Below the pieces are notes generated by a model. It saw only the letters and a list, made by a program, of their open reading frames with translations. It had not been told where the DNA came from and ran no database searches. A stretch of DNA of 62,924 nucleotides, filler included. It is 5 parts of 5 records of this genome, joined end to end, with 100 filler letters (N's around TTAATTAATTAA, not from the genome) between each part and the next. Parts side by side here need not be neighbours in the genome. Positions count along the whole stretch, not along the records: positions 7,431 to 27,471 come from SRR31156797_1189; 4 more parts are not named here. One strand, given 5' to 3'. Position 1 is the stretch's first letter; each line of letters opens with the position of its first letter. Both the position numbers and the translations under genes were made by a program. This document shows, one piece after another, positions 10,502 to 21,192 of this stretch.

Positions 10502-10536
10502 TTTGAAAAGAGAAGGCCCTGAATAGAGGGCCCTCT
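10502..10536 (-). terminator. Hairpin after the BMP gene (intra-operon terminator or mRNA stabiliser)
   Basis: AGAAGGCCCT-6 nt-AGGGCCCTCT stem (one mismatch). Followed on the minus strand by CTTTTC. Confidence 0.4.
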
Positions 10537-10624
10537 CCTTATAAAACCAGTGCGCTGCCGGCTCTTGCCCGGCAGCATTTCCAGGGACTCTCTCCAAAGC
10601 TGCGTTTGAAAAGATCCCGGTAAA

Positions 10625-11770
10625 TCAGTCGTCCAGAGCGGCCAGGCCCTCGGGAACGACACCCATTTTAAGAGATTCCGCATAGGTGGGGTATACGGTG
10701 ATCTTACCGGCAATGATATCCTGCTGGATCGCCTTGACCTTGTCGGCAACGGCAGAGCTCAGCTCGGGGTTGGAGGTGGAGAACCCCACACCCTCTTCAG
10801 CCATTCCCAGCTGTACGACCTTACCGGAGAAGCTTCCGTCTTCAACGGCGCTGAGGACGCCGACGGCAGCGCTCTCCACTCTCTTGAGCATGGAGGTCAG
10901 AACAGCGGACTTGGTGCCTTCGTAGATACCGTCTTCGTACTGGTCCGAGTCTACGCCTATGGCCCATACGTTCATGCCCTTCAGGCGGTACTCCTTGGCC
11001 TGGGCGATGGTTCCGTTTCCGGTTCCCCCGGCGGCGGAGAAGATGCAGTAAACGCCGTTGTCGTACCAGTTCTTGGCCTGCGCCTTAGCCAGCTCGGGCT
11101 TGCCCCAGTCGTTGGCGTAGTAGTCGATGAACTCGGCATCGGGCAGTACGGATCTTACGCCCTGGATATATCCCACCTCGAACTTGGTGATGGTGGCTCC
11201 GGGAACTCCTCCGATGAAACCGAACTTGGGGGAGGCGATTCCGTCTTCCTGGGACTGGAGCGCGGCGGCGACACCCACCAGGTAGGAGCCCTGTTCTTCA
11301 GAGAAGACGAACTCCATAACGTTGGGCTGTCCGACCCAGTTCACATCGATGATGGAAAACTTCTGATCCGGATACTGGGGGGCGACCTCGGTGATGGCGT
11401 CGGCCCAGGTGAATCCTGTTACGATAATCAGGTCGTGTCCCTCATCGGCGGCCTGGCGCAGGTTGGGGATATACATGTCCTGGGTCTCTGCGGTAACCAC
11501 GTCGTAGAGCTTTCCTCTGCCAGTGGCGTTCTCAATGGTGTCGCCGTAGAAATCCACGATTCCTCTCCAGGCGGCGGCGTTAAAGGACTTATCATCGATA
11601 CCGGTGGCGTCGGTGAGAAGAACACAGGACGGTTTGGCGGGCTCGGCCGCCGCGGCAGCCTCGGGGGCCGCTTCGGTTTTGGGCTCCTCTTTTTTCTGTC
11701 CGCAGCTAAACATGACGAGCATGGCGAACAGGAGAATAAGAGCATTTTTCATTTTCATACTTACCTCCAA
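10625..11770 (-). CDS. BMP-family (PnrA/TmpC-like) nucleoside-binding lipoprotein
   Basis: Lipobox MFSC, GIDDKSFNAAAW, WAIGVDSDQY, LTSMLKRV. Confidence 0.9.
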   Translation of the reverse strand: MEVSMKMKNALILLFAMLVMFSCGQKKEEPKTEAAPEAAAAAEPAKPSCVLLTDATGIDDKSFNAAAWRGIVDFYGDTIENATGRGKLYDVVTAETQDMYIPNLRQAADEGHDLIIVTGFTWADAITEVAPQYPDQKFSIIDVNWVGQPNVMEFVFSEEQGSYLVGVAAALQSQEDGIASPKFGFIGGVPGATITKFEVGYIQGVRSVLPDAEFIDYYANDWGKPELAKAQAKNWYDNGVYCIFSAAGGTGNGTIAQAKEYRLKGMNVWAIGVDSDQYEDGIYEGTKSAVLTSMLKRVESAAVGVLSAVEDGSFSGKVVQLGMAEEGVGFSTSNPELSSAVADKVKAIQQDIIAGKITVYPTYAESLKMGVVPEGLAALDD

Positions 11771-12021
11771 AATTAGGTCTTCGTATTATAGCACTATAGG
11801 GCCCTTTCAAAACATAAAATTTTGATATGTCCGACTTCATGCTTTTTTTTATGTCCGACCTTATGTCTTTACAGTCGTACAATAACAAAAAAATCGCTAT
11901 ATTTCACTCCTTTTCACGGTGCAGCTTTTTCCGATTTACCTTGTTCCGGACCATGGTCAGCCCTTAAAATTTCAAAGGAGGCCCGCGAGGAGCCCTGCCA
12001 AAACAAAGTGAGGATACAGAA

Positions 12022-12660
12022 ATGAACAATGCCGTCGAAATCCTGGGGACCCTCTCCTCGGTGGTTATCGCCATATCCCTGACCCAGAAGAACCTGCACT
12101 GGCTGCGGGTGCTGAACTTTTTCGGAGCCCTGGGCTTCGGTATTTACGGCTATCTGATAGCCTCCCTTCCCGTCCTGGCGGTGAATGCCTTTATCGCCGC
12201 CATCGATCTCTACTTCTATGTACAGATGATGAGGCGCACCCAGTACTTCGATCAGCTGGAGATCGCCTCGGTAGCGGAGCGCCCCTACCTGGCCAAGTTT
12301 CTGGAGTTTTATCGCGAGGACATCCTGACCTACAACAGCGGTTTCGAAAGGGAAGACCTTCACGACTGTTCGGGGCTCTATATCCTGCGGGACATGATGC
12401 CCGTTTCGGTCATCCTTTTCCGGGAGAGGGGGGATGAGGAGCTGGAGCTCGTACTGGATTACGCGGTACCCGCCTATCAGGACGGCAAGAACGGGGAGTA
12501 CTTCTTCGATAAAGCCTTCAGGCTCGCCCGCTATGAGAAAATCCGCACCGTGGTCTCCCGTTCCTACAGCCGGGCGCATGACCGTTATCTGAAGAAACTG
12601 GGATTCCGGCAGACCGGGGAAACGGCGGATTTCAGGGAGTTTCGCCTGGAGCGGAGTTGA
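12022..12660 (+). CDS. Membrane protein with N-terminal YgjV/YWFCY-like hairpin and soluble C-terminal domain
   Basis: Three N-terminal hydrophobic helices (LRVLNFFGA...YGYLI), then LDYAVPAYQD...YLKKLGF. Confidence 0.6.
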   Translation: MNNAVEILGTLSSVVIAISLTQKNLHWLRVLNFFGALGFGIYGYLIASLPVLAVNAFIAAIDLYFYVQMMRRTQYFDQLEIASVAERPYLAKFLEFYREDILTYNSGFEREDLHDCSGLYILRDMMPVSVILFRERGDEELELVLDYAVPAYQDGKNGEYFFDKAFRLARYEKIRTVVSRSYSRAHDRYLKKLGFRQTGETADFREFRLERS

Positions 12661-12829
12661 TCAGTGGAATCCTGGGAAGTCTGACGAATTACGAAGAATT
12701 ATTCCCTTGATTTTCTGAAAATACATGCTATAACGGATTATGTTGATGAAAAAGAAAAAGGCCCTCGGGCCTGCCCGAGAAAATCACCAGGGCTTCTATG
12801 GAGCTTTGGCAGGATAAAGGAGTGTTGTT

Positions 12830-15688
12830 ATGTCCGAACTCGCCATGGGGAATAATGAGGTCTTTCTGAGGAACCTGAAGAAGGAAACGGGAGATCTTCT
12901 GGAAAGCCAGTTCCGTATCGATATCAATACCAAAGACAAGATCATGGATGAGTACTTCTCCAAGGGCTACCTGCCCCGCTGGTACTTCTACAGCAACACC
13001 GCCGACACCATCGCCCACCATATCTACATGCTCACCAACTTTCTGAACGCCAACAGCGATATGCTCTCCCAGTCGGGAGAGGACAGCAATTCCACGACCT
13101 ATTTTATCAATGTGGGACGGGACTATCCCGGACGCCTCGCCCGGATCATCGAGCAGAACCTCTCCATGGATATCGTGGCCATGGACTCGGAATCCACGGC
13201 CAGCGGCCTCAGGATCGTGACCATCGACAAAAGGGGTGAGAACTACGTCGTCCTTTCGGACGAAGAGAAGAAGAACTCCGACACCCTGCATAAGCACGTC
13301 ATCAAGTACGGGAAGGACAACAAGCTGAAGTACGCCGAGGAGTTTCTGGACACCCTCTCCCACAAATACCTGAGGGAGGAGCTTTCGGTGCAGCGCTACC
13401 CCGACCGCATCTTCCGCCACCTCCACCTCTATGAGGAGGCCTCCAAGAGCCAGGGGCTTGTGGTGGAATCGTCCATCATCAAGGACGTGCTCCGCATCTC
13501 CCTGGCCTGTATGAACCCGGACAGGAATTTCATCCATGAGGCCCTGAAGTATTATAAGAAGAACCGCATCAATCTGGAGCGGAGCTACTACGATCTGTTT
13601 GAACACGATGAGAAGCAGGTGGGCATCTACTCCATCTATATCAGGGAGCCTGAGATCCATTACAAAGAGCTGGAGAAGGTGATGAAGGATTCGCTGACCC
13701 CCTTCGCCAACGTCAAGCGGGACACTGGGAAGGACGGGATCGACAGTCGGGTGGAGGTCCTGATCAGGAAGCTCTCCTCCCCCCTGACGGCCGAGGGCCT
13801 GGACCATGCCATGGAGGAGCTGAACGCCCTCTGCGAAGAGAATCTGAAACCCGGGAAGGAGCTGGACAACTTCTTCCTCAACAGCGTAACCGACTTTATG
13901 GAGGCCGCCCGGGCCGCCGGACTGGGGGACAAGCCGGAGATCTTGAAGATCCTCCTGGGCTTTGAGCGCTTCGACGAGTTCTTCGTGTCCTGTCCCAAGG
14001 ACGGGAAGATCAAGAACGTTCCGGGATACCGGATCAAGCACAGCACCATGAGGGGGGCCTCCAAGGGCGGTCTCCGCATCGACCCCATCGTCAACTTCGG
14101 CGAGGTGGCGGCCCTTTCGTTTATGATGACCTGGAAGTGCGCCCGCAGCCGCATCCTCTTCGGCGGAGGCAAGGGGGGGCTCATGCTCAATCCCAGGGAG
14201 TACGATCCCCGGAGCATGGACTTCTTCGACTCCCTGAGCAACTTCGGCCGCTCCCTCTTCCTGGTCACCGGCCCCTCCCGCGACGTTCCCGCGGGGGACG
14301 TGGGATGCGGCGCCCCCGAGATCGGCCGGATGTTCGAGGGCTTCAAGTCGGCCCTGCGGGACCTGGCCCTGATGGTCTACGGGGTCAGGCACAATGTGAC
14401 CATGATCGGCGACAAGATCATCTCCCTCGAAGAGGCCAGGACCATCCTGCGGGAGGCCTTTAACATCGACTATACCGACAGCCGCATCCTCAAGGAGCTG
14501 GGCGCCAACCAGGACTATCTGGAGCTGGTCGTGGCCGCCCAGATCACCGGAAAGCCCAGGATGGGGATCGACACCCGTACGGGCGCCACGGGCCGGGGGC
14601 TCTGCTACGCGACCCTGGCGGCGGTGGCCAATCTCTATCTGGACGGCAAATGGGAGCCCTCCGAGAAGCTCACGAAGGACGACGAAGCCCTGCTGAAGCA
14701 TCTGACGGGCATAAACGTTCCCTTCATCCTGGAAAAAGGCGGGAAGGATATCATACCCGAGGAGATCTGGACCGGCCTGGAGAGCGCCGTCTTCCCCAAG
14801 CTGCTCAAGGACAAGACCATGGTGGTTCAGGGCTCCGGAAAGGTGGGCAGCTCCATTATAAAGGAACTGGCTCCCTTCGGAATCAACCTGATCGCCATCT
14901 CCGATGCGGGGGGCGCGGTGATCGGGGATCATCTGGACCCCGAGGAGCTGATGGCCGCCGTCGAGGCTTCCCGCTCCCTGGAGGACAGAAGCAAACGGGC
15001 CTCAGTCATTCATGCGGAGAAGAATGTAAAGGAGAAGATCATGGGCGCCCGGGAGGGCTCCGCCATCCTGGAGCTGGCCTGCGACATCCTGGTCCCCGCC
15101 GCTCTGGAGAACGCGATAACCGAGGAGAACGCTCCCCGGATCAACGCGAGGATCGAGGTCTGCGGTTCCAACGGATCCAACAGCTCAAAGGCTGAGAAGA
15201 TCCTTACGGAGCAGGGCGTGCTTGTGGTCTACGACTTCCTGGCCAACAGCGCCGGGGTGACGGCCTCCTACTTCGAGTGGCTGCGCAACCTCTATCAGAG
15301 ACGCCGCTACGAGGAAGAGCAGATCTACGGACGGGAGTTCGACGATTCGGTGATGGACGCCTATATCATGCCCGAGTTTCTGGAGCGGATTAAGGGTGTG
15401 CTGGCCCAGGAGGAGTCCCCCTCTGTCACGGCTCAGTGGAACACCATCCTGCGGGACATCATGTTTTCCGCCCTCAACGAGGATTACCGTTTCGCCGCCG
15501 ACGAGGGAGGCAGCCTGAAGGACGCCGGATTCATCAATACCCAGATGCGCGTCCTGGCGGCGGCCCTCTGCAAGATGGACAAGGGCGGAGCCGATGCGCT
15601 CCGGGGCAGCCTGGACGAGAAGGCCGGACGCCGTCTGGATGGGTTTATGAAGCATCCCGAGACGGCCCTCTTCTGCCGGGAAGCCTAG
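12830..15688 (+). CDS. Large Glu/Leu/Phe/Val-family (glutamate) dehydrogenase with about 390-aa N-terminal extension
   Basis: KGGLR, MTWK, GGGKGG, DVPAGD, ITGKP, ATGRG, VQGSGKVG, LVPAALEN, DFLANSAGVTASYFEW. Confidence 0.85.
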   Translation: MSELAMGNNEVFLRNLKKETGDLLESQFRIDINTKDKIMDEYFSKGYLPRWYFYSNTADTIAHHIYMLTNFLNANSDMLSQSGEDSNSTTYFINVGRDYPGRLARIIEQNLSMDIVAMDSESTASGLRIVTIDKRGENYVVLSDEEKKNSDTLHKHVIKYGKDNKLKYAEEFLDTLSHKYLREELSVQRYPDRIFRHLHLYEEASKSQGLVVESSIIKDVLRISLACMNPDRNFIHEALKYYKKNRINLERSYYDLFEHDEKQVGIYSIYIREPEIHYKELEKVMKDSLTPFANVKRDTGKDGIDSRVEVLIRKLSSPLTAEGLDHAMEELNALCEENLKPGKELDNFFLNSVTDFMEAARAAGLGDKPEILKILLGFERFDEFFVSCPKDGKIKNVPGYRIKHSTMRGASKGGLRIDPIVNFGEVAALSFMMTWKCARSRILFGGGKGGLMLNPREYDPRSMDFFDSLSNFGRSLFLVTGPSRDVPAGDVGCGAPEIGRMFEGFKSALRDLALMVYGVRHNVTMIGDKIISLEEARTILREAFNIDYTDSRILKELGANQDYLELVVAAQITGKPRMGIDTRTGATGRGLCYATLAAVANLYLDGKWEPSEKLTKDDEALLKHLTGINVPFILEKGGKDIIPEEIWTGLESAVFPKLLKDKTMVVQGSGKVGSSIIKELAPFGINLIAISDAGGAVIGDHLDPEELMAAVEASRSLEDRSKRASVIHAEKNVKEKIMGAREGSAILELACDILVPAALENAITEENAPRINARIEVCGSNGSNSSKAEKILTEQGVLVVYDFLANSAGVTASYFEWLRNLYQRRRYEEEQIYGREFDDSVMDAYIMPEFLERIKGVLAQEESPSVTAQWNTILRDIMFSALNEDYRFAADEGGSLKDAGFINTQMRVLAAALCKMDKGGADALRGSLDEKAGRRLDGFMKHPETALFCREA

Positions 15689-15728
15689 GCTCCCGCTGAG
15701 ATGAGAGGAGCGCCGAATCCGCTAAGGG

Positions 15729-16595
15729 CTAGGGCGCGCCGGGGCCGGGTCCTTCGAAGTAGAGATCCGCGCTGATCGGATAGTGGTCCGAGGGATAGAC
15801 CCCGTCCACCTTGCTCCGATCGATCTCCCCCCCGCTATTGCTGAAGCCGGGGCTGTAGAGGATGTGGTCTATCGCCGGGAAGAGATGGAGCCCCCTGTTG
15901 AAGTGGAAGCTGCTGCCCCGCGTTTTCACCCGCGAGAGCCCCTCCTCCCTGAGGATGGTCACGGGCTTCTGGAAGGCCAGGGCGTTGAAGTCTCCCGCCA
16001 GGATCGCCAGCTCCCCCGCCGCCAGATAGGCGGCCATCCTGTCCCGGATCAGCCGGCTCGTTTTGAGGCGGTTGCTACGGCTCCGGTAGTCGTTGTGCAT
16101 ATTGTAGATCCTCAGCTTCCGCCCCGACTCCCGGTCCTGGAACTCCGCCCAGCTGCAGAAGGCCGGGTAGCCCCCGTCCCAGCTGCGGGAGTAGGGGACC
16201 TCCGGGCTGGGGGAGAAGAAGAAGAAGCCCTGGGCCGTCAGGAGGAAGCGCTCCCGTCTGTAGAGTATGGGCTGGGTGGAGGGGAAGCTCTCCACCGGTC
16301 CCGTCGCCGCCGCGCCGTAGCCCTCCAGGCCCGCCAGCAGGTCGTCCCGCTGGATATTCCGCCCGGAGGCGTGTCCTCCCTCGAAGGTCTCCATCTCCTG
16401 GAAGGCGTAGAAATCGGCCTCCGACGCCTTCAGGACCCGGAGGGCCGCCTCCTTCCTCCCCTCCCAGGCCATCTTCTTTCGTCCCGGGACGATATAGTGG
16501 ATGTTGAGGCTCGTGATCCTGAGGCGGTACTCCCCCTCCCCGGCTCCCAGGAGGAGGGCGTTGAGGGACAGGATGAGCAATGCCATGGTCTTCAT
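15729..16595 (-). CDS. Secreted endonuclease/exonuclease/phosphatase (EEP) family protein
   Basis: Signal peptide, SLNI, FQE, AGDFN, IDHI, SDH. Confidence 0.88.
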   Translation of the reverse strand: MKTMALLILSLNALLLGAGEGEYRLRITSLNIHYIVPGRKKMAWEGRKEAALRVLKASEADFYAFQEMETFEGGHASGRNIQRDDLLAGLEGYGAAATGPVESFPSTQPILYRRERFLLTAQGFFFFSPSPEVPYSRSWDGGYPAFCSWAEFQDRESGRKLRIYNMHNDYRSRSNRLKTSRLIRDRMAAYLAAGELAILAGDFNALAFQKPVTILREEGLSRVKTRGSSFHFNRGLHLFPAIDHILYSPGFSNSGGEIDRSKVDGVYPSDHYPISADLYFEGPGPGAP

Positions 16596-16716
16596 AATCC
16601 TTAGACGGGGCGAGCCGTGGGAGTCTTACCGCGGGGGGCTGGAAAGCGATTGATTTTGCTACTGGTCCTGAAGCTGTGCTATACTCTTTGACGAATGATA
16701 ACTTACAGGATCTGTC

Positions 16717-18282
16717 ATGTATAAAATCATCTTTGTAGACGACGAGGCCATTATCCGGAACGGGATATCCCGCTGCGTCGCCTGGGAGGAGCTGGGGTTT
16801 GAGCTTGACGGTGTTTTCGAGCACGGTCAGGATGCCCTCTCCTATATAGAAAACAACCCGGTGGATGTGGTTCTGTCGGATATCAACATGCCCCGCATGA
16901 GCGGTCTCGAGCTTAGTAAAATCCTGGGAGAGCGCTTCCCGGATATGGTGGTGATCCTCCTGACCGGGTACGACGATTTCGAGTACGCCCAGGCCGCCAT
17001 CCGCAACCAGGTCCGCGAGTTCATCCTCAAGCCCATAACCCGCGTAGAGCTTTCGGGCGTATTGGGCACAATCAGAACCGAGCTGGACAGGGAGCGGCAG
17101 CAGAAGAGGGAGCATGAGCTGCTTCAGGCCCGGGTGGACCAGAGCTTTCCCCTCCTCAAGGAGAGGTTCCTCCGTCGTCTCATCTCCGACAGCACGGTCG
17201 TCTCCACCCTCGCCGGGAGGGCGGACTATTATCAGTGGCGGGACCTGGGTCGCTGGTATCAGATCATGATGGCCGCCGTACCCCTCTCCTGGAGCGAACT
17301 GGACCGTATGGCTCTGGTTGAGTTTCTGGAAGGACAGGTCGCGTCTCACGACGAGGTTTTTACGAGCCGGAAGGGGGATGTGATCGTTCTGGCCCAGGGA
17401 GCGGACCGGGAGGCGCTGGACGCCTCTGTCAGACGCCTGGCGAAAAGGGCCTTCGATTTCTCCTCGGAGAGCGATAAGCCCGTGATCAGCCTTGGCTGCG
17501 GCGAAGCGGCGGACAGCCTCTCCCTGCTGGAAAGTTCCTATAACGGCGCCTGCGCGGCCCTGGATTACTCCCGGAGCCTGGGGCTCAGCCAGGTCGTCGC
17601 CATAGCCGATCTGAACGACCGGGAGGCCCCCTCTCCGGCCATACTCGGCAAGATGCAGTCGGAGATCGTCGAGCATCTGAAGGACGGTCTGGCGGATGAA
17701 AGCCTGAATGCCCTGAGGGAGATGACGGCCTACCTGGAAACCCGCTATCAGAGTTCCAGGCAGCTGGCCATGATCAATATAAGACTGTTCTCACGCATCC
17801 TGGCCTTCGTCCAGGATATGGATCTGGATCTGCCCGATGAGACCGGGGGCGCGGCGGGACTCGTTCAGCTGGAATCCCTGGCCCAGGGGGAGCTCTTCTT
17901 CGAGAACCTGATCCGCCATATAGGCGAGAGGATCAGCCAGCGGCGCAACGACGCCCTCCTGTCCCGCATTGACCGGGCCAAGAGCATCATCCGCGAACGC
18001 TACGGGGACAAGAACTTCTCCCTCCAGGATATCTGCAGGGAACTCTATCTTTCCACAAGCCAGTTCTCCCTGCTCTTCAAGGAGGGAACGGATCAGACCT
18101 TTGTGGAGTATCTGACCTCAGTCAGGATGGACGAGGCCAAGAAGCTTCTGGCCTCTACGGACATGAAAAGCTATGAGGTCGCCGAGAGGGTGGGCTATTC
18201 GGATCCCCGTTACTTCTCCATCACCTTCAAGAAGCACTGCGGCATGACCGCCATGGAGTACAGGAGAAGCCGGAGCGCATGA
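16717..18282 (+). CDS. YesN/AraC-family response regulator
   Basis: REC domain (VDDE, SDINMP, ILKP) plus C-terminal AraC HTH (VGYSDPRYFSITFKK). Confidence 0.92.
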   Translation: MYKIIFVDDEAIIRNGISRCVAWEELGFELDGVFEHGQDALSYIENNPVDVVLSDINMPRMSGLELSKILGERFPDMVVILLTGYDDFEYAQAAIRNQVREFILKPITRVELSGVLGTIRTELDRERQQKREHELLQARVDQSFPLLKERFLRRLISDSTVVSTLAGRADYYQWRDLGRWYQIMMAAVPLSWSELDRMALVEFLEGQVASHDEVFTSRKGDVIVLAQGADREALDASVRRLAKRAFDFSSESDKPVISLGCGEAADSLSLLESSYNGACAALDYSRSLGLSQVVAIADLNDREAPSPAILGKMQSEIVEHLKDGLADESLNALREMTAYLETRYQSSRQLAMINIRLFSRILAFVQDMDLDLPDETGGAAGLVQLESLAQGELFFENLIRHIGERISQRRNDALLSRIDRAKSIIRERYGDKNFSLQDICRELYLSTSQFSLLFKEGTDQTFVEYLTSVRMDEAKKLLASTDMKSYEVAERVGYSDPRYFSITFKKHCGMTAMEYRRSRSA

Positions 18283-20063
18283 AGAAAGCCCTCTCCTTCG
18301 GGACCCTGGAGTCCCGGATATACACCATCTTCACGGTCATGATGTTTACCGCCATCTTCATCATGCAGATCGTCTCTTTCCGCTACACCACCGATACGGT
18401 CAGGAACACCACCATAGACAGCAACCGGGTGGTGCTGCATCAGCTGGTGGCTCAGATTGACAGCTATATACAGGGGATGGAACAGGTCTCCCGGGCGGTT
18501 TCGGTGGACGAGGATATCCAGAGTTACCTTGCCTCCGCTGATCCCGGAAACCTTTCGCCCACCACGGAACAGATCCGGAAAACCCTGGGGAATTACATCC
18601 AGGCCCGGGAGGATATCTCGGACATCCTCCTTATCCGTATGGACAGGCAGATGCTCTCTTCCGATGCCGGGGCCCGTATCAATCCCTGGACCTCCATACA
18701 GAACAAGGACTGGTTCTTCTCCGCCGTGGAGGCGGAAAACAGGACGGTGGTCTCCTCCTCCTATGTTCAGAATCTGATCTGGGGGCGCTACTCCTGGGTC
18801 GTCTCCCTGAGCAAGGGTATCCTCTCCCTCTCCAACGGCAGCCTGAAGGGCATCCTGCTGGTGGACCTGAAGTTCAACCGGATCAAGGAGCTCTGCGAGT
18901 CCCTGGTGATCGGCCAGAAGGGCTATAACTTTATCCTGGACAGCCGGGGGAACTACGTCTTCCATCCCACCCAGCAGCTGGTCTACAGCGATATCCGGAC
19001 CGAACCCCTGGAGGGGATACTGGCCCTTCTGGAGGATGAGCAGGAGGGGGTTTTCCGGGAGATCGACCGTTACTACATGGTGGAAACCTCTCCCCTGACG
19101 GGATGGCATATGGTCTCAGTCATCTATGAGAGCGATATCATCACCGAGTGGAAGAGCGTTCAGCTTATCTATACCCTGATAGGATTGATCCTCTTTATGG
19201 TCGTGGGTCTGGCCACCAACCGCGTGTCATCGGGGATTACCAAGCCGGTCCGCCGGCTTCAGGAGATCATGCAGACCGTAGAGACCGGCGAGTTCAAGCT
19301 GGTCGGTTCCATCCGGGCCACCGACGAGATACGGGAACTGGCCCGGGAATACGATATTATGGTGGGCCGCATCCGGGAGCTGATGGCGGCCAACATCCGG
19401 GAGCAGGAGCAGAAGCGCAAGAGCGATCTCAAGGCCCTGCAGGCCCAGATCAACCCCCACTTCCTGTACAATACCCTGGACTCGATCATCTGGATGGGCG
19501 AGATGGGGCAGAGCGAGGAGGTGGTGCAGATGACCTCGGCCCTTTCCAAGCTCTTCCGGATCAGCATCAGCAAGGGGAGCGAGCTCATCCCTGTGCAGAC
19601 CGAGCTGGAGCACGTGCGCTCCTATCTCACCATTCAGGAGATGCGCTACCAGGATAAGTTCCGTTACGAGATCGATATGGAGCCGGATATACTGGATATG
19701 GTCATGCTGAAGATCACCCTCCAGCCGCTGGTGGAGAACGCCATCTACCACGGCATCAAAGAGGCCGATTACCAGGGGCTGATCAGCATCACGGGAGAGC
19801 GGGTCGGAGACGAGATCCGTATGGAGGTCCGGGACAACGGCGTGGGCATGGACGAGGAGAGGCTGAACAAGCTGAAGGGCGGTCTGGAGGGCTCGGCGGA
19901 CGAGCGCTTCCGCCTCAACCGCCAGGGCCTGGGGGTCCGGAACGTCCACGAGCGCATCCGCCTGTACTTCGGCAAACAGTACGGGCTGGTGATTTCCAGC
20001 CGGCCCGGCGAGGGAACGACCATCTCCGTACGCTTCCCCGCCTCGGAAGGAGAGTTGTTTTAG
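18279..20063 (+). CDS. YesM/LytS-family sensor histidine kinase (Cache, HAMP)
   Basis: LQAQINPHFLYNTL, LQPLVENAIYHG, DNGVG, two TM segments. Confidence 0.92.
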   Translation: MKKALSFGTLESRIYTIFTVMMFTAIFIMQIVSFRYTTDTVRNTTIDSNRVVLHQLVAQIDSYIQGMEQVSRAVSVDEDIQSYLASADPGNLSPTTEQIRKTLGNYIQAREDISDILLIRMDRQMLSSDAGARINPWTSIQNKDWFFSAVEAENRTVVSSSYVQNLIWGRYSWVVSLSKGILSLSNGSLKGILLVDLKFNRIKELCESLVIGQKGYNFILDSRGNYVFHPTQQLVYSDIRTEPLEGILALLEDEQEGVFREIDRYYMVETSPLTGWHMVSVIYESDIITEWKSVQLIYTLIGLILFMVVGLATNRVSSGITKPVRRLQEIMQTVETGEFKLVGSIRATDEIRELAREYDIMVGRIRELMAANIREQEQKRKSDLKALQAQINPHFLYNTLDSIIWMGEMGQSEEVVQMTSALSKLFRISISKGSELIPVQTELEHVRSYLTIQEMRYQDKFRYEIDMEPDILDMVMLKITLQPLVENAIYHGIKEADYQGLISITGERVGDEIRMEVRDNGVGMDEERLNKLKGGLEGSADERFRLNRQGLGVRNVHERIRLYFGKQYGLVISSRPGEGTTISVRFPASEGELF

Positions 20064-21053
20064 ATGAAGAAATGGTATCTGCTCCTGCTGAGCCTGACGG
20101 CGGCCCTGGTTCTCTTCATGGCCCTTTCCATACTCTACGAGTCCGCCTCCTCCGAGGAAACGGCCCCCGACGGCACGGTGGAGATCGTTCTGAAATCCAC
20201 CGAAGGGCCCTCCATGGACTTCTGGTCCGTGGTGGGGCAGGGGATACGGGACGCCGCCCGGGAGTTCGATGTGGAGGTCGAGATATCGGGACCCCGCTAC
20301 GAGAAGGAGATCAACCGGCAGATCAACATCCTGGATAACGTCATCGCCAAGAATCCCCCCCTTATCATACTGGCCGCTTCCGATTACGTCCGCCTGGTGG
20401 ATTCGGTGGAGAAGGCCCATGAGAAGGGCATCCCCATCATCACCCTGGACTCGGGTATTGATTCGGATCTGCCCGTCAGCTTCGTGGCCACCGATAACGT
20501 GGAGGCCGGGATCAAGGCGGGGGAGGAGATGAAGCGGCTGATCTCTTCCCATGACAGGAAGAAGCTGGCCATCGTCAGCCATATCCGGGAAACCGCCACC
20601 GCCATCGAGCGGGAGAAGGGGGTCCGCTATGCCCTGGGGGATGACGATATCATCGCCTCGGTGGACTGCGACGTGGACGATCAGATCGCCTATGAGATGA
20701 CCATGCAGCTGATGGAGAACGACGAGCTGGGGGGGATCGTCGCCCTGAACGAGGTGGTGACCCTGGGGGCCGCCCGGGCGGTCCGGGACGCCGGCAGAAA
20801 GGGTGAGGTTCTGATCGTCGGTTTCGACAACGCCGTGGAGGAACTGGCCTTTCTGGAAGAGGGGATCATCCAGGCCACCGTGGTTCAGAGACCCTATAAC
20901 ATGGGCTACCTCTCGGTGAAGGCGGCTGTGGATCAGCTCAAGGGCAAAAAGCTCGATCCCCTTGTGGATACGGGCTCGGTTCTGATCACCAAGGAGAACA
21001 TGTTCGAGCGTCAGTACCAGGAGCTGCTTTTTCCCTTTTCCGGTGTTAAGTAG
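20064..21053 (+). CDS. RbsB-like sugar-binding protein co-transcribed with the sensor kinase
   Basis: Starts immediately after the kinase stop. FWSVV, VATDN, VGFD, VVQRPYNMGY. Confidence 0.85.
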   Translation: MKKWYLLLLSLTAALVLFMALSILYESASSEETAPDGTVEIVLKSTEGPSMDFWSVVGQGIRDAAREFDVEVEISGPRYEKEINRQINILDNVIAKNPPLIILAASDYVRLVDSVEKAHEKGIPIITLDSGIDSDLPVSFVATDNVEAGIKAGEEMKRLISSHDRKKLAIVSHIRETATAIEREKGVRYALGDDDIIASVDCDVDDQIAYEMTMQLMENDELGGIVALNEVVTLGAARAVRDAGRKGEVLIVGFDNAVEELAFLEEGIIQATVVQRPYNMGYLSVKAAVDQLKGKKLDPLVDTGSVLITKENMFERQYQELLFPFSGVK

Positions 21054-21192
21054 GTAAAAATAGTATAAAAAACTCCGTTTATCAGGAAGAAATTCAACAA
21101 TCTCCGTAAAATTCTCAATTTCGCGATCCCGAATTCGGGGTGATAATTTTCTTACTTCACAAGGAAAATATCCTTCTGAGAGGAGAAGCGCT

